Shown here in pieces: positions 18,530-27,641 of a stretch of 35,482 nucleotides of DNA. The notes beneath the pieces were generated by a model. That model worked only from the letters and a program-made list of their open reading frames with translations, ran no database searches and was not told the DNA's origin. The translations under genes were made by a program, and so were the position numbers. This stretch comes from Candidatus Jordarchaeia archaeon. GTDB taxonomy: Archaea; Asgardarchaeota; Jordiarchaeia; Jordiarchaeales; Jordiarchaeaceae. The stretch covers positions 1 through 35,482 of the forward strand of contig JAHQXB010000165.1 of NCBI GenBank assembly GCA_029856435.1. The letters are read 5' to 3'. How positions within the stretch are numbered: the first letter of the stretch is position 1; each line of letters begins with the position of its first letter.

Positions 18530-19408
18530 TTACCCTGCAAGTGTTAATAGTACTATCCCCAATGTTGCTAGTATTGCTCCCACAGCTATTCGCAGCGTAA
18601 TTTTTTCCCTGATGATGTAAAATGAGAACACTGTTGAGAACAGTGGAGTAACTGAAGAAATGGCTGTAGAACGTGTGGCTCCTATAAGCGAGATTCCCGC
18701 TAAAAAGGCTATTCCCCCTATTCCAATGGCTATTACTCCTGCCAATCCCAGAATCAGCCATTCTCTGAGGCTTGTTTTAGCAAGTATTTTTCCTCTCCCT
18801 GAAAAAAGAATCACTACTGCTAAAATACCTACAAGTAGAGGCAATCTGATGGCATTAGCTAAATAGTAATTAATACCCTCTAATGCTAAATCTAACAAAA
18901 TGATTCCTATCGACCAAGTTATCGCCGTTATTATCGCTAGTATAACCCCTTTTTTATCGTTTTTTGTGTTTGTGGAGTTTTGGGAATTGTTTTTGCTAAG
19001 AAGCCAAATTGCAACGACAACAATTACGACACCCATAATTGTTAATAGTTGTGGAGTTTCTTCCAAAAAAATGATGGAGAAAACTGCGGTAAAGAGTGGA
19101 TATGTGCTCGTGATAGGAACTGCGCGGCCCACCCCAATATATTTCAGAGATAGAAAATATACTCCGTCTCCGATTCCCAGACCCGTGAAGGTTCCTAAAA
19201 CTAAATAAATCAAACTCCCATAAGGAAGGTACGAGATCTTCCAGAATTCACCTATAAGCAGTACTAATACAAAAACAAATATCGCTGCTGGAATTGTTCT
19301 TATAAAATTAGCTAAAATTGCATCTACCTTCTCGAGGGATTTTTTATAAAGTATCGCTGAAATGGCCCAGCACAGCGCCGCCGACAATGATGCTATTTCA
19401 CCAATCAA
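18530..19408 (-). CDS. EamA/DMT-family transporter
   Basis: About 10 hydrophobic segments in two repeats; SLKYIGVGRAVPITSTYPLF. Confidence 0.88.
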   Translation of the reverse strand: MIGEIASLSAALCWAISAILYKKSLEKVDAILANFIRTIPAAIFVFVLVLLIGEFWKISYLPYGSLIYLVLGTFTGLGIGDGVYFLSLKYIGVGRAVPITSTYPLFTAVFSIIFLEETPQLLTIMGVVIVVVAIWLLSKNNSQNSTNTKNDKKGVILAIITAITWSIGIILLDLALEGINYYLANAIRLPLLVGILAVVILFSGRGKILAKTSLREWLILGLAGVIAIGIGGIAFLAGISLIGATRSTAISSVTPLFSTVFSFYIIREKITLRIAVGAILATLGIVLLTLAG

Positions 19409-19537
19409 GCAACACCACAGACCTTTACGGGCTTTCCTAAGTTTGGTTTATATCTTTCAGTGAGTGCCGCTTTTAAAGAATGTGTAACTTGAAATATTAA
19501 TTCATTTTGCTCCCGCTTGTTCTGTTATTCCTTATTT

Positions 19538-20449
19538 TTAAAACAGCTGAATGAAAATAGCTTTTTGTGCGTGTAGTCTGTTTTCAGCTTGGTCCCAAAC
19601 AACCGATTGTTTTCCTTCCAAGACCTCTTCTGTTATTTCTTGTCCCCTGTGTGCTGGCAGGCAGTGCATAACAATAGCGTCGGGTGAAGCGTTTTCTAGT
19701 AGTTTGGTGTTAACCTGAAAATCTGGAATGAACGTTTTCAATCTTTCTTCTCTTTCTTTTTCGTTGCCCATACTTACGAATACATCTGTGTAAACTATGT
19801 CTGCGTCCTTTACGGCCACTTGGGGCGAGTTAGTTATTTCAACTTGGGACCCAGATTTTTTGGCGTTACTTTTAGCCTTTTCAACAATCTCTTTTTTTGG
19901 CTCGTATCTTTTAGGCGATCCAACGCAAATATTTAAACCAATTTTTGTGCAGCCGATCAATAGGGAGTTGCAAACATTGTTTCCATCGCCTATATAGGCT
20001 AATTTCAATCCTTCCAATTTTCTCTTCTTTTCCTTAATGGTAAGAATATCCGCTAGTATTTGGCAAGGATGGTAAAGATTGCTTAGCGCGTTTATTACCG
20101 GTACTCCTGAATACTTTGCGAGTTCTACCAAATCGTTATGTTCGTAGACTCTTGCAACAATACCATCCACATATCTTCCTAAAACTCTAGCTGTATCTCT
20201 AACAGGTTCGCCCCTACTGAGTTGCAGTTCGTCTCCCCTCAGAAAAATGAAGTTCCCCCCAAGCTGGTTCACCGCCACCTCAAACGAAACACGTGTTCTA
20301 GTTGAAGGCTTTTCAAATATTGCAGCAATGTTTTTTCCTCTGAGAACTTGAGACTTCACCTTTCCCGACTTCACCTTTTCTGCAGTAGCTATAAGTTTAT
20401 GTATCTCGTCGGAAGAAAAGTCATCTAAAGTGAGAAAATGTCTAACCAA
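19538..20449 (-). CDS. argF: Ornithine carbamoyltransferase
   Basis: FEKPSTRTR, NALSNLYHPCQ, YTDVFVSMG, MHCLPAHRG, WDQAENRLH. Confidence 0.95.
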   Translation of the reverse strand: MVRHFLTLDDFSSDEIHKLIATAEKVKSGKVKSQVLRGKNIAAIFEKPSTRTRVSFEVAVNQLGGNFIFLRGDELQLSRGEPVRDTARVLGRYVDGIVARVYEHNDLVELAKYSGVPVINALSNLYHPCQILADILTIKEKKRKLEGLKLAYIGDGNNVCNSLLIGCTKIGLNICVGSPKRYEPKKEIVEKAKSNAKKSGSQVEITNSPQVAVKDADIVYTDVFVSMGNEKEREERLKTFIPDFQVNTKLLENASPDAIVMHCLPAHRGQEITEEVLEGKQSVVWDQAENRLHAQKAIFIQLF

Positions 20450-20463
20450 AGAATTTCCTCCTC

Positions 20464-21378
20464 CTAATTCCCTAGAATTTTATCTGTAAACCACTCTGGG
20501 TTAAATGGTTCCAAATCCTTATAATCTTGACCTACTCCCACAAAGATAATGGGTTTTTTAGTAGCATAAACAATTGAAAGGGCAACCCCCCCTTTTGTAT
20601 CTGCATCAACTTTGGCAAGTATAGACGCGTCAATTTGTATAGCTTCATTAAACTTCTCCGCTTGTTCAACTGCATCGTTTCCTGTTAAAGCGTCACCGAC
20701 AAATATTTTTAGATCTGGATTAATTACGCGAACGATCTTCTTCATCTCGTCTAAGAGGTTTACGTTGGTTTGTATTCTGCCAGCGGTGTCTATTAAAACA
20801 ACATTTATGCCTCTCGCCTCAGCGTGTTTAACAGCATCAAATGCTACTGCTGTGGCGTCTGAATGATACCTATGTTTTATCACTCTAACACCTAGATTTT
20901 TTGCGTGTTTCTCTATTTGTTCAATACTACCTGCTCTATAAGTATCTGAAGCAGCTAAAACACAACTGAACCCTTTTTTCTGAAAAGCGTAAGCCAGTTT
21001 AGCTAAAGTTGTGGTCTTTCCTGTACCGTTTATTCCCACAAAAATTATTATAAGTGGCTTTTTTTCTAATTTCTTCTCCTTTGCCATACTGAAAATATCA
21101 ATATCATGTCCTCCGCTGAGAACCTTATAGATTGCCTTTCTTAAAGCATCATTTACCTTCTCGTAGGGGTTCTCGAATCTGCCGACCCTCTCTCCCATTA
21201 ACTCCTTTTTTATGTCGTTTGCGATTAATTCTGCCACCTTTACCGATACATCGTTCTGTATAAGTGTCAGCTGTAAGTCCCATAAAACTTCGTCTAAGCT
21301 TTTCTCGCTTAACTCCTTTGTACTCAGTTTTTCAACTACTTTACCCAAACTAGTCTTTAATTTTTCGAACACTAACAA
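20464..21378 (-). CDS. ftsY: Signal recognition particle receptor FtsY/SR-alpha
   Basis: GINGTGKTTT, DTYRAG, DTAGR, AKVDADTKGG, GVGQDYKDL. Confidence 0.96.
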   Translation of the reverse strand: MLVFEKLKTSLGKVVEKLSTKELSEKSLDEVLWDLQLTLIQNDVSVKVAELIANDIKKELMGERVGRFENPYEKVNDALRKAIYKVLSGGHDIDIFSMAKEKKLEKKPLIIIFVGINGTGKTTTLAKLAYAFQKKGFSCVLAASDTYRAGSIEQIEKHAKNLGVRVIKHRYHSDATAVAFDAVKHAEARGINVVLIDTAGRIQTNVNLLDEMKKIVRVINPDLKIFVGDALTGNDAVEQAEKFNEAIQIDASILAKVDADTKGGVALSIVYATKKPIIFVGVGQDYKDLEPFNPEWFTDKILGN

Positions 21379-21447
21379 TCCACCATAGATGCATAATTAG
21401 TGAAATTTCTAAAAATTAGTTTAAAAGTATTTTTAAAATAAAAATAT

Positions 21448-21870
21448 TCAGCCTCTAATTTTAGCAACGAGAGTCTGCGCTTTTCTGTTTAACTCATTAA
21501 TTTTGTTCGCTATCTCCTGCAATTGTTGTCCTGTAGCTTGCAGCGCGTTTTGAAGAGCCATAGATCTCTGATCTAGGCTGAGCTGCGCTCCCGTGATATC
21601 CTTATCCACAGCCACCTCTGCACCGATGGTTGTTATCACTTTTTTAATATCAATTATCTTCGCCCTTACATAGACACCCGATCCTAAAGGCATAAGAACC
21701 TCGTTATCCTCAGTAACGTTTTTGAGTTCGTCTAGGGACTCTGCAGTTAAAGCTATTTCTTGCAACGAAGCATTTATTAAATCTATTCTCCTTTGCAAAA
21801 TACGTGCCTGCTGCTCATAGGCATTCAATTCTGCAATAATTCTTTCCAAATTACGTTCATCTTCTGACAT
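21448..21870 (-). CDS. pfdA: Prefoldin alpha subunit
   Basis: Coiled coils flanking EVLMPLGSGVYVRAK...IGAEVAVDK; conserved cluster position. Confidence 0.92.
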   Translation of the reverse strand: MSEDERNLERIIAELNAYEQQARILQRRIDLINASLQEIALTAESLDELKNVTEDNEVLMPLGSGVYVRAKIIDIKKVITTIGAEVAVDKDITGAQLSLDQRSMALQNALQATGQQLQEIANKINELNRKAQTLVAKIRG

Positions 21871-21874
21871 ATCT

Positions 21875-22132
21875 TCACGTCTCCAAGTTTGAAAAGTATC
21901 TTATAGTTGGGTCGCTGGCTTTGTTTGGGCTTATAACTGTTATTTCATCAAATTTAATGTGGTGCCTCTTTACTTTGTGGTTACTCCCGATTGTCGAGTA
22001 TATAATCTCTTTTGCCTCTTCCTCGTCTAATGCTCTGATTTCTCTAACAAATTTAAATTCCTCATTTTTACCCTTAAATCTTCCTTTTACTCTGAATACC
22101 TTCACGCTCACAGAATCTTTAGACATATTCAT
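21875..22132 (-). CDS. rpl18a: 50S ribosomal protein L18a/LX (eL20)
   Basis: VKVFRVKG...FVREIRAL...IYSTIGSNHKVKRHHIKFDEI. Confidence 0.92.
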   Translation of the reverse strand: MNMSKDSVSVKVFRVKGRFKGKNEEFKFVREIRALDEEEAKEIIYSTIGSNHKVKRHHIKFDEITVISPNKASDPTIRYFSNLET

Positions 22133-22142
22133 CTCTCCAACT

Positions 22143-22811
22143 CTATTCAAGATTTAGGGTCTGCCCTATCTGAAACATTTCAGGACCCGTGGTTTCTTTA
22201 CCCACTATAGCTCCCTTCGTGTTGGCTACTAGACCAACTTTTATATATGGGTTACCACAGTTAACTGTCCCTATACCCACAGGAGTTTTGAATTTATCGC
22301 TTAGCCATTCTAAATTTTTATCATCCGTTAAAGGATGCGCCAAAACTCCACTATTAGTTGCAACTGCTATGGAACCAACTAGGGGCGAGCCAGCTATACT
22401 TCCACGGTAAACATCAACTTCCAAGTTTTTCTTTATAATCTTTATGGCTTCATCACTAAACCCGGGATGAACTAAGGCGGCGTTATCATTAACAAGAACA
22501 GTGTTACCCAAGGCATTTATCTTACCAGGAACCCTATCTATGTTAATATCCAATTGACGCCTAATAATTTCAATCTCCTCATCAGTTGTAAACTCTGGAA
22601 CTATCAAACCCTTAGAATTTCCCGCAGCTAAAACCCCAATAATAAAGCTCTCACCTATACTCGCCTCCACAACCTCCACATCTAGAGTTCGCTCAATAAG
22701 ACTCTTGTTGGTCATCCTCCTAACTTTGGGTAAAATAACATAGCTTTCAGTGGCTAATATAAAAACGCCTATGTTAGAATCACCGAAAAAGCTACTCCTT
22801 ACGATAACCAA
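22143..22811 (-). CDS. eif6: Translation initiation factor 6 (aIF6)
   Basis: FGDSNIGVF, GNTVLVNDNAALVHP, GSIAVATNSGVLAHP, GTVNCG; TTG start 22811 chosen. Confidence 0.93.
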   Translation of the reverse strand: MVIVRSSFFGDSNIGVFILATESYVILPKVRRMTNKSLIERTLDVEVVEASIGESFIIGVLAAGNSKGLIVPEFTTDEEIEIIRRQLDINIDRVPGKINALGNTVLVNDNAALVHPGFSDEAIKIIKKNLEVDVYRGSIAGSPLVGSIAVATNSGVLAHPLTDDKNLEWLSDKFKTPVGIGTVNCGNPYIKVGLVANTKGAIVGKETTGPEMFQIGQTLNLE

Positions 22812-22827
22812 ATAGGGTCTACCCCAT

Positions 22828-23124
22828 TCATTCCTCAGCAGCAAGAGATACTTCAACAATCCCCTCCGAATCCTTAGAAGCCTTAACTCTAATCTTACGC
22901 GGAGGTTTTTCAATACCCCTCTCCCATATCTTTTCATTCACCTCTGGAAGAATAACAACATTATCTGACTTAAGATGCCTCATAATAAACCTTCTCAAAA
23001 TTCTTACCGCTTTAGTAGCCCTGCGATTGGGGGGAACATATCTAGCAGTTTTAAGCGGAACAGTATAAATGCGTTCCTCAACAATTTTTTTCTCCATACC
23101 CGGAGGCGCTTCTTCTTCAGACAT
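22828..23124 (-). CDS. rpl31e: 50S ribosomal protein L31e
   Basis: ERIYTVPL...RATKAVR...VNEKIWERGIEKPPRKIRV; GAGGTGA RBS before ATG 23124. Confidence 0.95.
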   Translation of the reverse strand: MSEEEAPPGMEKKIVEERIYTVPLKTARYVPPNRRATKAVRILRRFIMRHLKSDNVVILPEVNEKIWERGIEKPPRKIRVKASKDSEGIVEVSLAAEE

Positions 23125-23129
23125 ACCAT

Positions 23130-23285
23130 TCACCTCTGAAGGCGACTAGACCGCCAATGCCTACGCTTCGGATGGGTTCTCACCCTTCCCCTAGTCTTAA
23201 CAATAATCCAAGCAGGAACCGCAACATTTTGTTTGCCCGCCTTCCCCAACCTCAGCTTTTTTGGTAAGGGTTTATTTCTAGCCAT
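23130..23285 (-). CDS. rpl39e: 50S ribosomal protein L39e (below the ORF-track length cutoff)
   Basis: Manual translation: [51 protein letters not shown] (51 aa). Confidence 0.95.
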   Translation of the reverse strand: MARNKPLPKKLRLGKAGKQNVAVPAWIIVKTRGRVRTHPKRRHWRSSRLQR

Positions 23286-23304
23286 TCAGAGTTCTCTCCC
23301 TTGT

Positions 23305-23643
23305 CTATCTGTACTTTACTTTAATGTCCCTTCTTCTCTCCTGCAACTGCCTAAGAATATTTTTCAACTGCTCGTCAGTTAGCGGTGCAGTAATTCTACC
23401 TGCCTGTGCCAACTGAATGAGCTGAATCTCTATTTGATCAGCAAAATCTGGCTTCACAATCTTAAGATTAGTAAGTCTGCTCCTAGCTTCAGGTGTCAAT
23501 ATCTGCCTCAAAACTGCCTGCTTCTGCGTTTCATATTCCCTTTGAGCTCTCTCCTGCCTTTGTGCTTCAGCTATCTGCTGCTGAAGCTGTAACATCCTAC
23601 GCCTTCTGATTTCCTCTATTTCTTCGTCTGACAAAGATGACAC
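23305..23643 (-). CDS. PDCD5-like DNA-binding protein
   Basis: EIEEIRRRRMLQLQ...LRQILTPEARSRL..LKIVKP..ADQIEIQLIQLAQAG. Confidence 0.92.
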   Translation of the reverse strand: MSSLSDEEIEEIRRRRMLQLQQQIAEAQRQERAQREYETQKQAVLRQILTPEARSRLTNLKIVKPDFADQIEIQLIQLAQAGRITAPLTDEQLKNILRQLQERRRDIKVKYR

Positions 23644-23647
23644 ACCC

Positions 23648-24097
23648 TCAAATGAATAAAGTTGCTGCCTTCTCTAATTTAACATATACTTTATGAGCCG
23701 CCCTATCCAAGAGTGATCTTCCTTCGCTACTGATCCTCCTACCTTTTCTCTCCACCCTTTCTATCAAGCCCGCCTTTTCAAGTTGTTGGAACGCCTTCCT
23801 TATAATTGAACCACTACCCTTCACAGAGCGAGCTAACGCCACCTTCCTCCTCTTCCTTCCACCATACACCGTTCTCAGCCTTGAAACCCCTACGGGGCCA
23901 GTTAGATACACTTTCCTAAGAATCGAAGCACACCGAATATACCACCAGTCCGGCCTCTCCGGCGCTTTTTCCTTATGCACCCCAGTCTTCCAGAATTGGG
24001 AACCCGGTGGAGGTGACACCTCTGGATGATCACTTTTGAGAATTTCCGCCACCTCTTGAATGAGTTCCCATGCAGGTACATCATAGACTGTTGACAT
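23648..24097 (-). CDS. rps19e: 30S ribosomal protein S19e
   Basis: WKTGVHKE..P..PDWWYIRCASILRKVY..GPVGVSRLRTVYGG. Confidence 0.97.
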   Translation of the reverse strand: MSTVYDVPAWELIQEVAEILKSDHPEVSPPPGSQFWKTGVHKEKAPERPDWWYIRCASILRKVYLTGPVGVSRLRTVYGGRKRRKVALARSVKGSGSIIRKAFQQLEKAGLIERVERKGRRISSEGRSLLDRAAHKVYVKLEKAATLFI

Positions 24098-24192
24098 TCA
24101 AAACTCACCATTTTCTAGCTTGAGAACGGTAAAATATAACATCATCAGGTTATAAACATTTTTTCCAAAGATTATATAAATATGACGTATTA

Positions 24193-24456
24193 TTAAACAT
24201 ATTTGGCAAGCAACAAGGTATACCCCCTAGTTTCCAAAAGCTGAGACTTAGTCCTCTCCAAAATTTCCGAAGCAATCTCATCCATGCTCTTCGTACCAAG
24301 TACACTCTTCAAAACCCTAACCTTAACTATCTTTTCTCTACCTAACAGCCTCTCAAGCTCCAAAACAAACTCCTCTGTCACACCCTTCTTACCCAAATGA
24401 ATCATCGCCGCCCCACTTCTCACCTTCTTAATCTTTTCACTCCTCATCCTCTTCAT
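24193..24456 (-). CDS. YhbY/CRM-domain RNA-binding protein
   Basis: IHLGKKGVTEEFV..L..EKIVKVRVL...TRGYTLLL; usual position between rnp4 and rps19e. Confidence 0.85.
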   Translation of the reverse strand: MKRMRSEKIKKVRSGAAMIHLGKKGVTEEFVLELERLLGREKIVKVRVLKSVLGTKSMDEIASEILERTKSQLLETRGYTLLLAKYV

Positions 24457-24468
24457 AATCCATAACTC

Positions 24469-24786
24469 CTAAATGTTATAACGCATATGATGCCCACAAT
24501 TAAAACAGGTTACTACAATGTGAGACTGGCGCCTCACTCTCAACCTAACCCTACAGTTAACACCCGGCCAAAGAAAAGCCTTACAACCACGACAGATACG
24601 CCACCGCCAAGCCCTAGGAATCCTCACCCTACTCCTCATACCTAACCTCCTACATATCTCCACATAACGCTGCGCCCTCTCCCGGTCCCGCAAAAAAACA
24701 TCATCAGCCAAACGCATCAAATACTCCATCCTCTCCCTAGCAATCTTCTCAATCTCTCTCCTTTCCCTTTTCCTCGTCACCGACAT
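24469..24786 (-). CDS. rnp4: RNase P protein component 4 (Rpp21)
   Basis: IARERMEYL...RAQRYV, zinc ribbon CRGC...VVTCFNCG. Confidence 0.93.
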   Translation of the reverse strand: MSVTRKRERREIEKIARERMEYLMRLADDVFLRDRERAQRYVEICRRLGMRSRVRIPRAWRWRICRGCKAFLWPGVNCRVRLRVRRQSHIVVTCFNCGHHMRYNI

Positions 24787-24943
24787 CTAAAAAATCTCCA
24801 GCAACCACATTCCTAAAAAACATAAACCAATCAACAACAACCAATTTAAGCTCAAAATAATCAGTAACTAACAAGTCTTAACAAGAAAAAGGTCATAAAA
24901 ATAAGTTTTAAACATTACGCTCCAAAAACAAAAGGAGAGAAAA

Positions 24944-25618
24944 ATGTTAACACTAATCCTAGCAGAATCCTCACTAGAAACAATCCCCCCAAAAACCAAT
25001 AAAAATGACACCACCAAAACCCCAAATAAAAAAGGTAAAAAAACACAGCAAATACTAGACATCTCCCTACACAGCCAAATAATAAAGAAACTACCGAACC
25101 GAGAAAAAAGAGGACGCCCAGATATCATACACTTCTCACTACTCGCAGCACTAGGAACCCCCCTAAACAAACAAGGACATCTCCAAACATTCGTCCACAC
25201 CATCCAAGACAAAGTAATAACAATAAACCCCCAAACCAGACTACCCAAAAACTACAACCGCTTCATAGGACTAATGCAACAACTCTACAAACTCGGAAAA
25301 GTACCCCCAAAAGGAACACCACTACTAACCATAGAAAAAATGAACCTAGAAACCCTAATCAAAAAAATAAAACCAACCCAAACCATAATCTTCACCGAAA
25401 AAGGAACCCCCACAAAACCAAAAACAATTATGAACGAATGCGCACAACAAGAAAACCCAACAATAATAATAGGGGGCTTCCCACATGGAGAATTCTCCAC
25501 AAACACCCTAAAACTAGCTGACAAAAAAATCTCAATCTACCCCGAACCCCTAGACGCATGGATAGTAATCTCAAGAGCCCTATACTGCTACGAAGAAATA
25601 ATCCTAAACAAAAAATAA
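24944..25618 (+). CDS. nep1: 16S rRNA pseudouridine N1-methyltransferase Nep1/Emg1
   Basis: LILAESSLE, RGRPDIIHFSLL, RLPKNYNRFIGLMQQL, IGGFPHGEF. Confidence 0.93.
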   Translation: MLTLILAESSLETIPPKTNKNDTTKTPNKKGKKTQQILDISLHSQIIKKLPNREKRGRPDIIHFSLLAALGTPLNKQGHLQTFVHTIQDKVITINPQTRLPKNYNRFIGLMQQLYKLGKVPPKGTPLLTIEKMNLETLIKKIKPTQTIIFTEKGTPTKPKTIMNECAQQENPTIIIGGFPHGEFSTNTLKLADKKISIYPEPLDAWIVISRALYCYEEIILNKK

Positions 25619-25657
25619 ACACAAACAAAAAGTTATATACAAAGAAAAATATTTGAG

Positions 25658-25788
25658 TGCGGCCTCCGGGAAATTCGTGAAGGAACTAGGGGTTCCAAGT
25701 TTATTTCGAACCCGGGCCACCAGCTTCGCCCTTCTACCTAGGGATAAAGAGTGGCAGGCTGGAATCCTAGCCACTAGACTAAGGCCGC
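25658..25788 (-). tRNA. tRNA-Gly(GCC) with two introns: 38/39 (25725-25750, 26 nt) and 59/60 (25672-25704, 33 nt)
   Basis: Acceptor GCGGCCT/AGGCCGC-A73; helices TGCC/GGCG and TTCG/CGAA; spliced loop CT-GCC-AC; 72 nt without CCA. Confidence 0.9.
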
Positions 25789-25819
25789 TTGAAACTTATG
25801 AGTATGCGATTCTTACATG

Positions 25820-25832
25820 TACTTAAATTTTT
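25820..25832 (-). promoter_or_regulatory. Candidate BRE/TATA box for tRNA-Gly
   Basis: AAAAATTTAAGTA on the minus strand about 32-44 nt upstream of G1; weak because the region is AT-rich. Confidence 0.3.
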
Positions 25833-25961
25833 CTAAATCAGACTTTATAAAGTGGTTTTTGGTTGTTGTGTGTTTTTGGTGTTTTTGTGGGTTTTTCCGA
25901 AAGGTTTACTAATGTGTATTTGTTTCCGTGTTATAACATTTGCTAAGAAGGGTTTTGTGAT

Positions 25962-27590
25962 TTGGAGAAGTATTGGCATTGGATCGATGAAACAGTGGCA
26001 AACATTATTGAGTATTGGAGAGACTTGGATCGTTATGTTTGTAGTTGCGGAATGTCTGTTTCAGGGTTGCAGCATCTCGGTCGTCTTAGGGGTGAAATCA
26101 TTCTTACTAATACTGTTAAGGAAGAGTTTTTGAGGTTAGGTAAGGATGCTGAGCACTATTTGGTTCTTTATACTCAGGATCAGTGGAAGGGTAAGGTTGC
26201 TCAGCTGAAGCAATTTTCCAGCGTTGAGGCGGCTAAGCAGTATCGTGGTAGGCGTTTGATTGATGTTCCCGATCCTTTTGATTGTCATGGAAATTGGGTG
26301 GAGCATTATTGGGGGCCTTTCAGGGATTGTTTGGATAGCTTTTCGGTAGGGGTTAAACCTGTTTTTACTACGGATCTTTATAAGACAGACGGAATGAGAA
26401 ATTTGGTTAGGAAGGTGATTGAGCGTAGGGAAGAGCTTAGACAGATTATTAACAAATATCGTGGTAGAAAGCCATACCCTGAGGGGTGGATTCCTTTTGA
26501 GCCGTTATGTGGAGAGTGTCTTAACATTGGTGAACATAAAATCTTGAATGTTAATTTGGACGATTATGTGATTGAGTATGTTTGTAGTAGGTGTGGAGCC
26601 AAAGGAATTTCCCGGATGGAGGACGGGAAACTGAACTGGCGTGTTGAGTGGGCGGCTTTGTGGGCGCTTCTCGATGTGAATTTTGAGCCTTACGGTAAGG
26701 ATCATGCTACTCCTGGGGGGTCCCGTGATAGCTGTGCTGAGATAGTTGAGAAAATCTTTGAGAGGAAGCCTCCTTTTGGTTTTCCTTACGAATGGGTTGG
26801 TTGGTCTGTGAACGGTAAGGATATGGGTGATATGGGCTCCAGTGACTTTTTGGGTGTCACTCCTGCTGAATGGTTGGAAATAGCGGAACCAGAAGTTCTA
26901 AGATATCTTTACTTGAAAAACAAGCCAATGAAAAGGGTAGTTATAGACTTTTCCCGGGTTCCCGAACTGGTTGAAAATTACGATCAAGCAGAAAAGGTGT
27001 ATTATGGTGCTGAAAGGGTTCTTCAGGAAAAGGAAGAATTTGAGATGCGACGCAGTTATGAGCTTTCTCAGCTTAGAGCACCTCCTAAGATTCTACCCTT
27101 CCAGTTAAGGTACGCTCATGCGGCGACCCTAGTTCAGCTTCTCCCCAAAGAAAATCTTCTTGAAAACGCTATAAAGAAGCTCAGATCTACTGGTCTTCTT
27201 GGTGGTGAACCTTCTGAAATTGATAAAATTAGAATTGAGAGGAGACTGAAGGAAGCTGAGGCCTGGCTTAAGAAATATGCGCCTGAGAGGTTTAAGTTAA
27301 AAATTCTTGATGAAGTGCCTGTTACACTTAGGGAGCAGCTTACTGAAGGAGAAAGGAGGGCCTTGAAAATTCTTGCTGATAGATTGGGTGAGAAGAAATT
27401 TACGGAGAGCGAATTAGAGAATATTCTTTATAGGATAGCTAAGGAGGAGGCTGGTCTAGGTTCGAGAAGGTTTTTCGAATTGATTTACCAGATATTAATT
27501 GGACAAAAACAGGGTCCGAGACTCGCCTCATTTATACTTTTAATTGATAGAGGCTTACTTCTTCAAAGATTACGAGAAGCTTATCAATAA
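25962..27590 (+). CDS. lysS: Lysyl-tRNA synthetase, class I
   Basis: SVSGLQHLGRLRG, KLNWRVEWAALW, EPYGKDHATPGGS, MGSS, GPRLASF; TTG start. Confidence 0.93.
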   Translation: MEKYWHWIDETVANIIEYWRDLDRYVCSCGMSVSGLQHLGRLRGEIILTNTVKEEFLRLGKDAEHYLVLYTQDQWKGKVAQLKQFSSVEAAKQYRGRRLIDVPDPFDCHGNWVEHYWGPFRDCLDSFSVGVKPVFTTDLYKTDGMRNLVRKVIERREELRQIINKYRGRKPYPEGWIPFEPLCGECLNIGEHKILNVNLDDYVIEYVCSRCGAKGISRMEDGKLNWRVEWAALWALLDVNFEPYGKDHATPGGSRDSCAEIVEKIFERKPPFGFPYEWVGWSVNGKDMGDMGSSDFLGVTPAEWLEIAEPEVLRYLYLKNKPMKRVVIDFSRVPELVENYDQAEKVYYGAERVLQEKEEFEMRRSYELSQLRAPPKILPFQLRYAHAATLVQLLPKENLLENAIKKLRSTGLLGGEPSEIDKIRIERRLKEAEAWLKKYAPERFKLKILDEVPVTLREQLTEGERRALKILADRLGEKKFTESELENILYRIAKEEAGLGSRRFFELIYQILIGQKQGPRLASFILLIDRGLLLQRLREAYQ

Positions 27591-27641
27591 AAAAGGGGAG
27601 CTAATTATACGAAGGGTCTTTAGTTATATCCTTTAAAAATT

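Noticed and set aside
4935-25788. Split (trans-spliced) or permuted tRNA halves
   Set aside because: All six tRNAs are complete and collinear in cis, and no orphan halves were seen.
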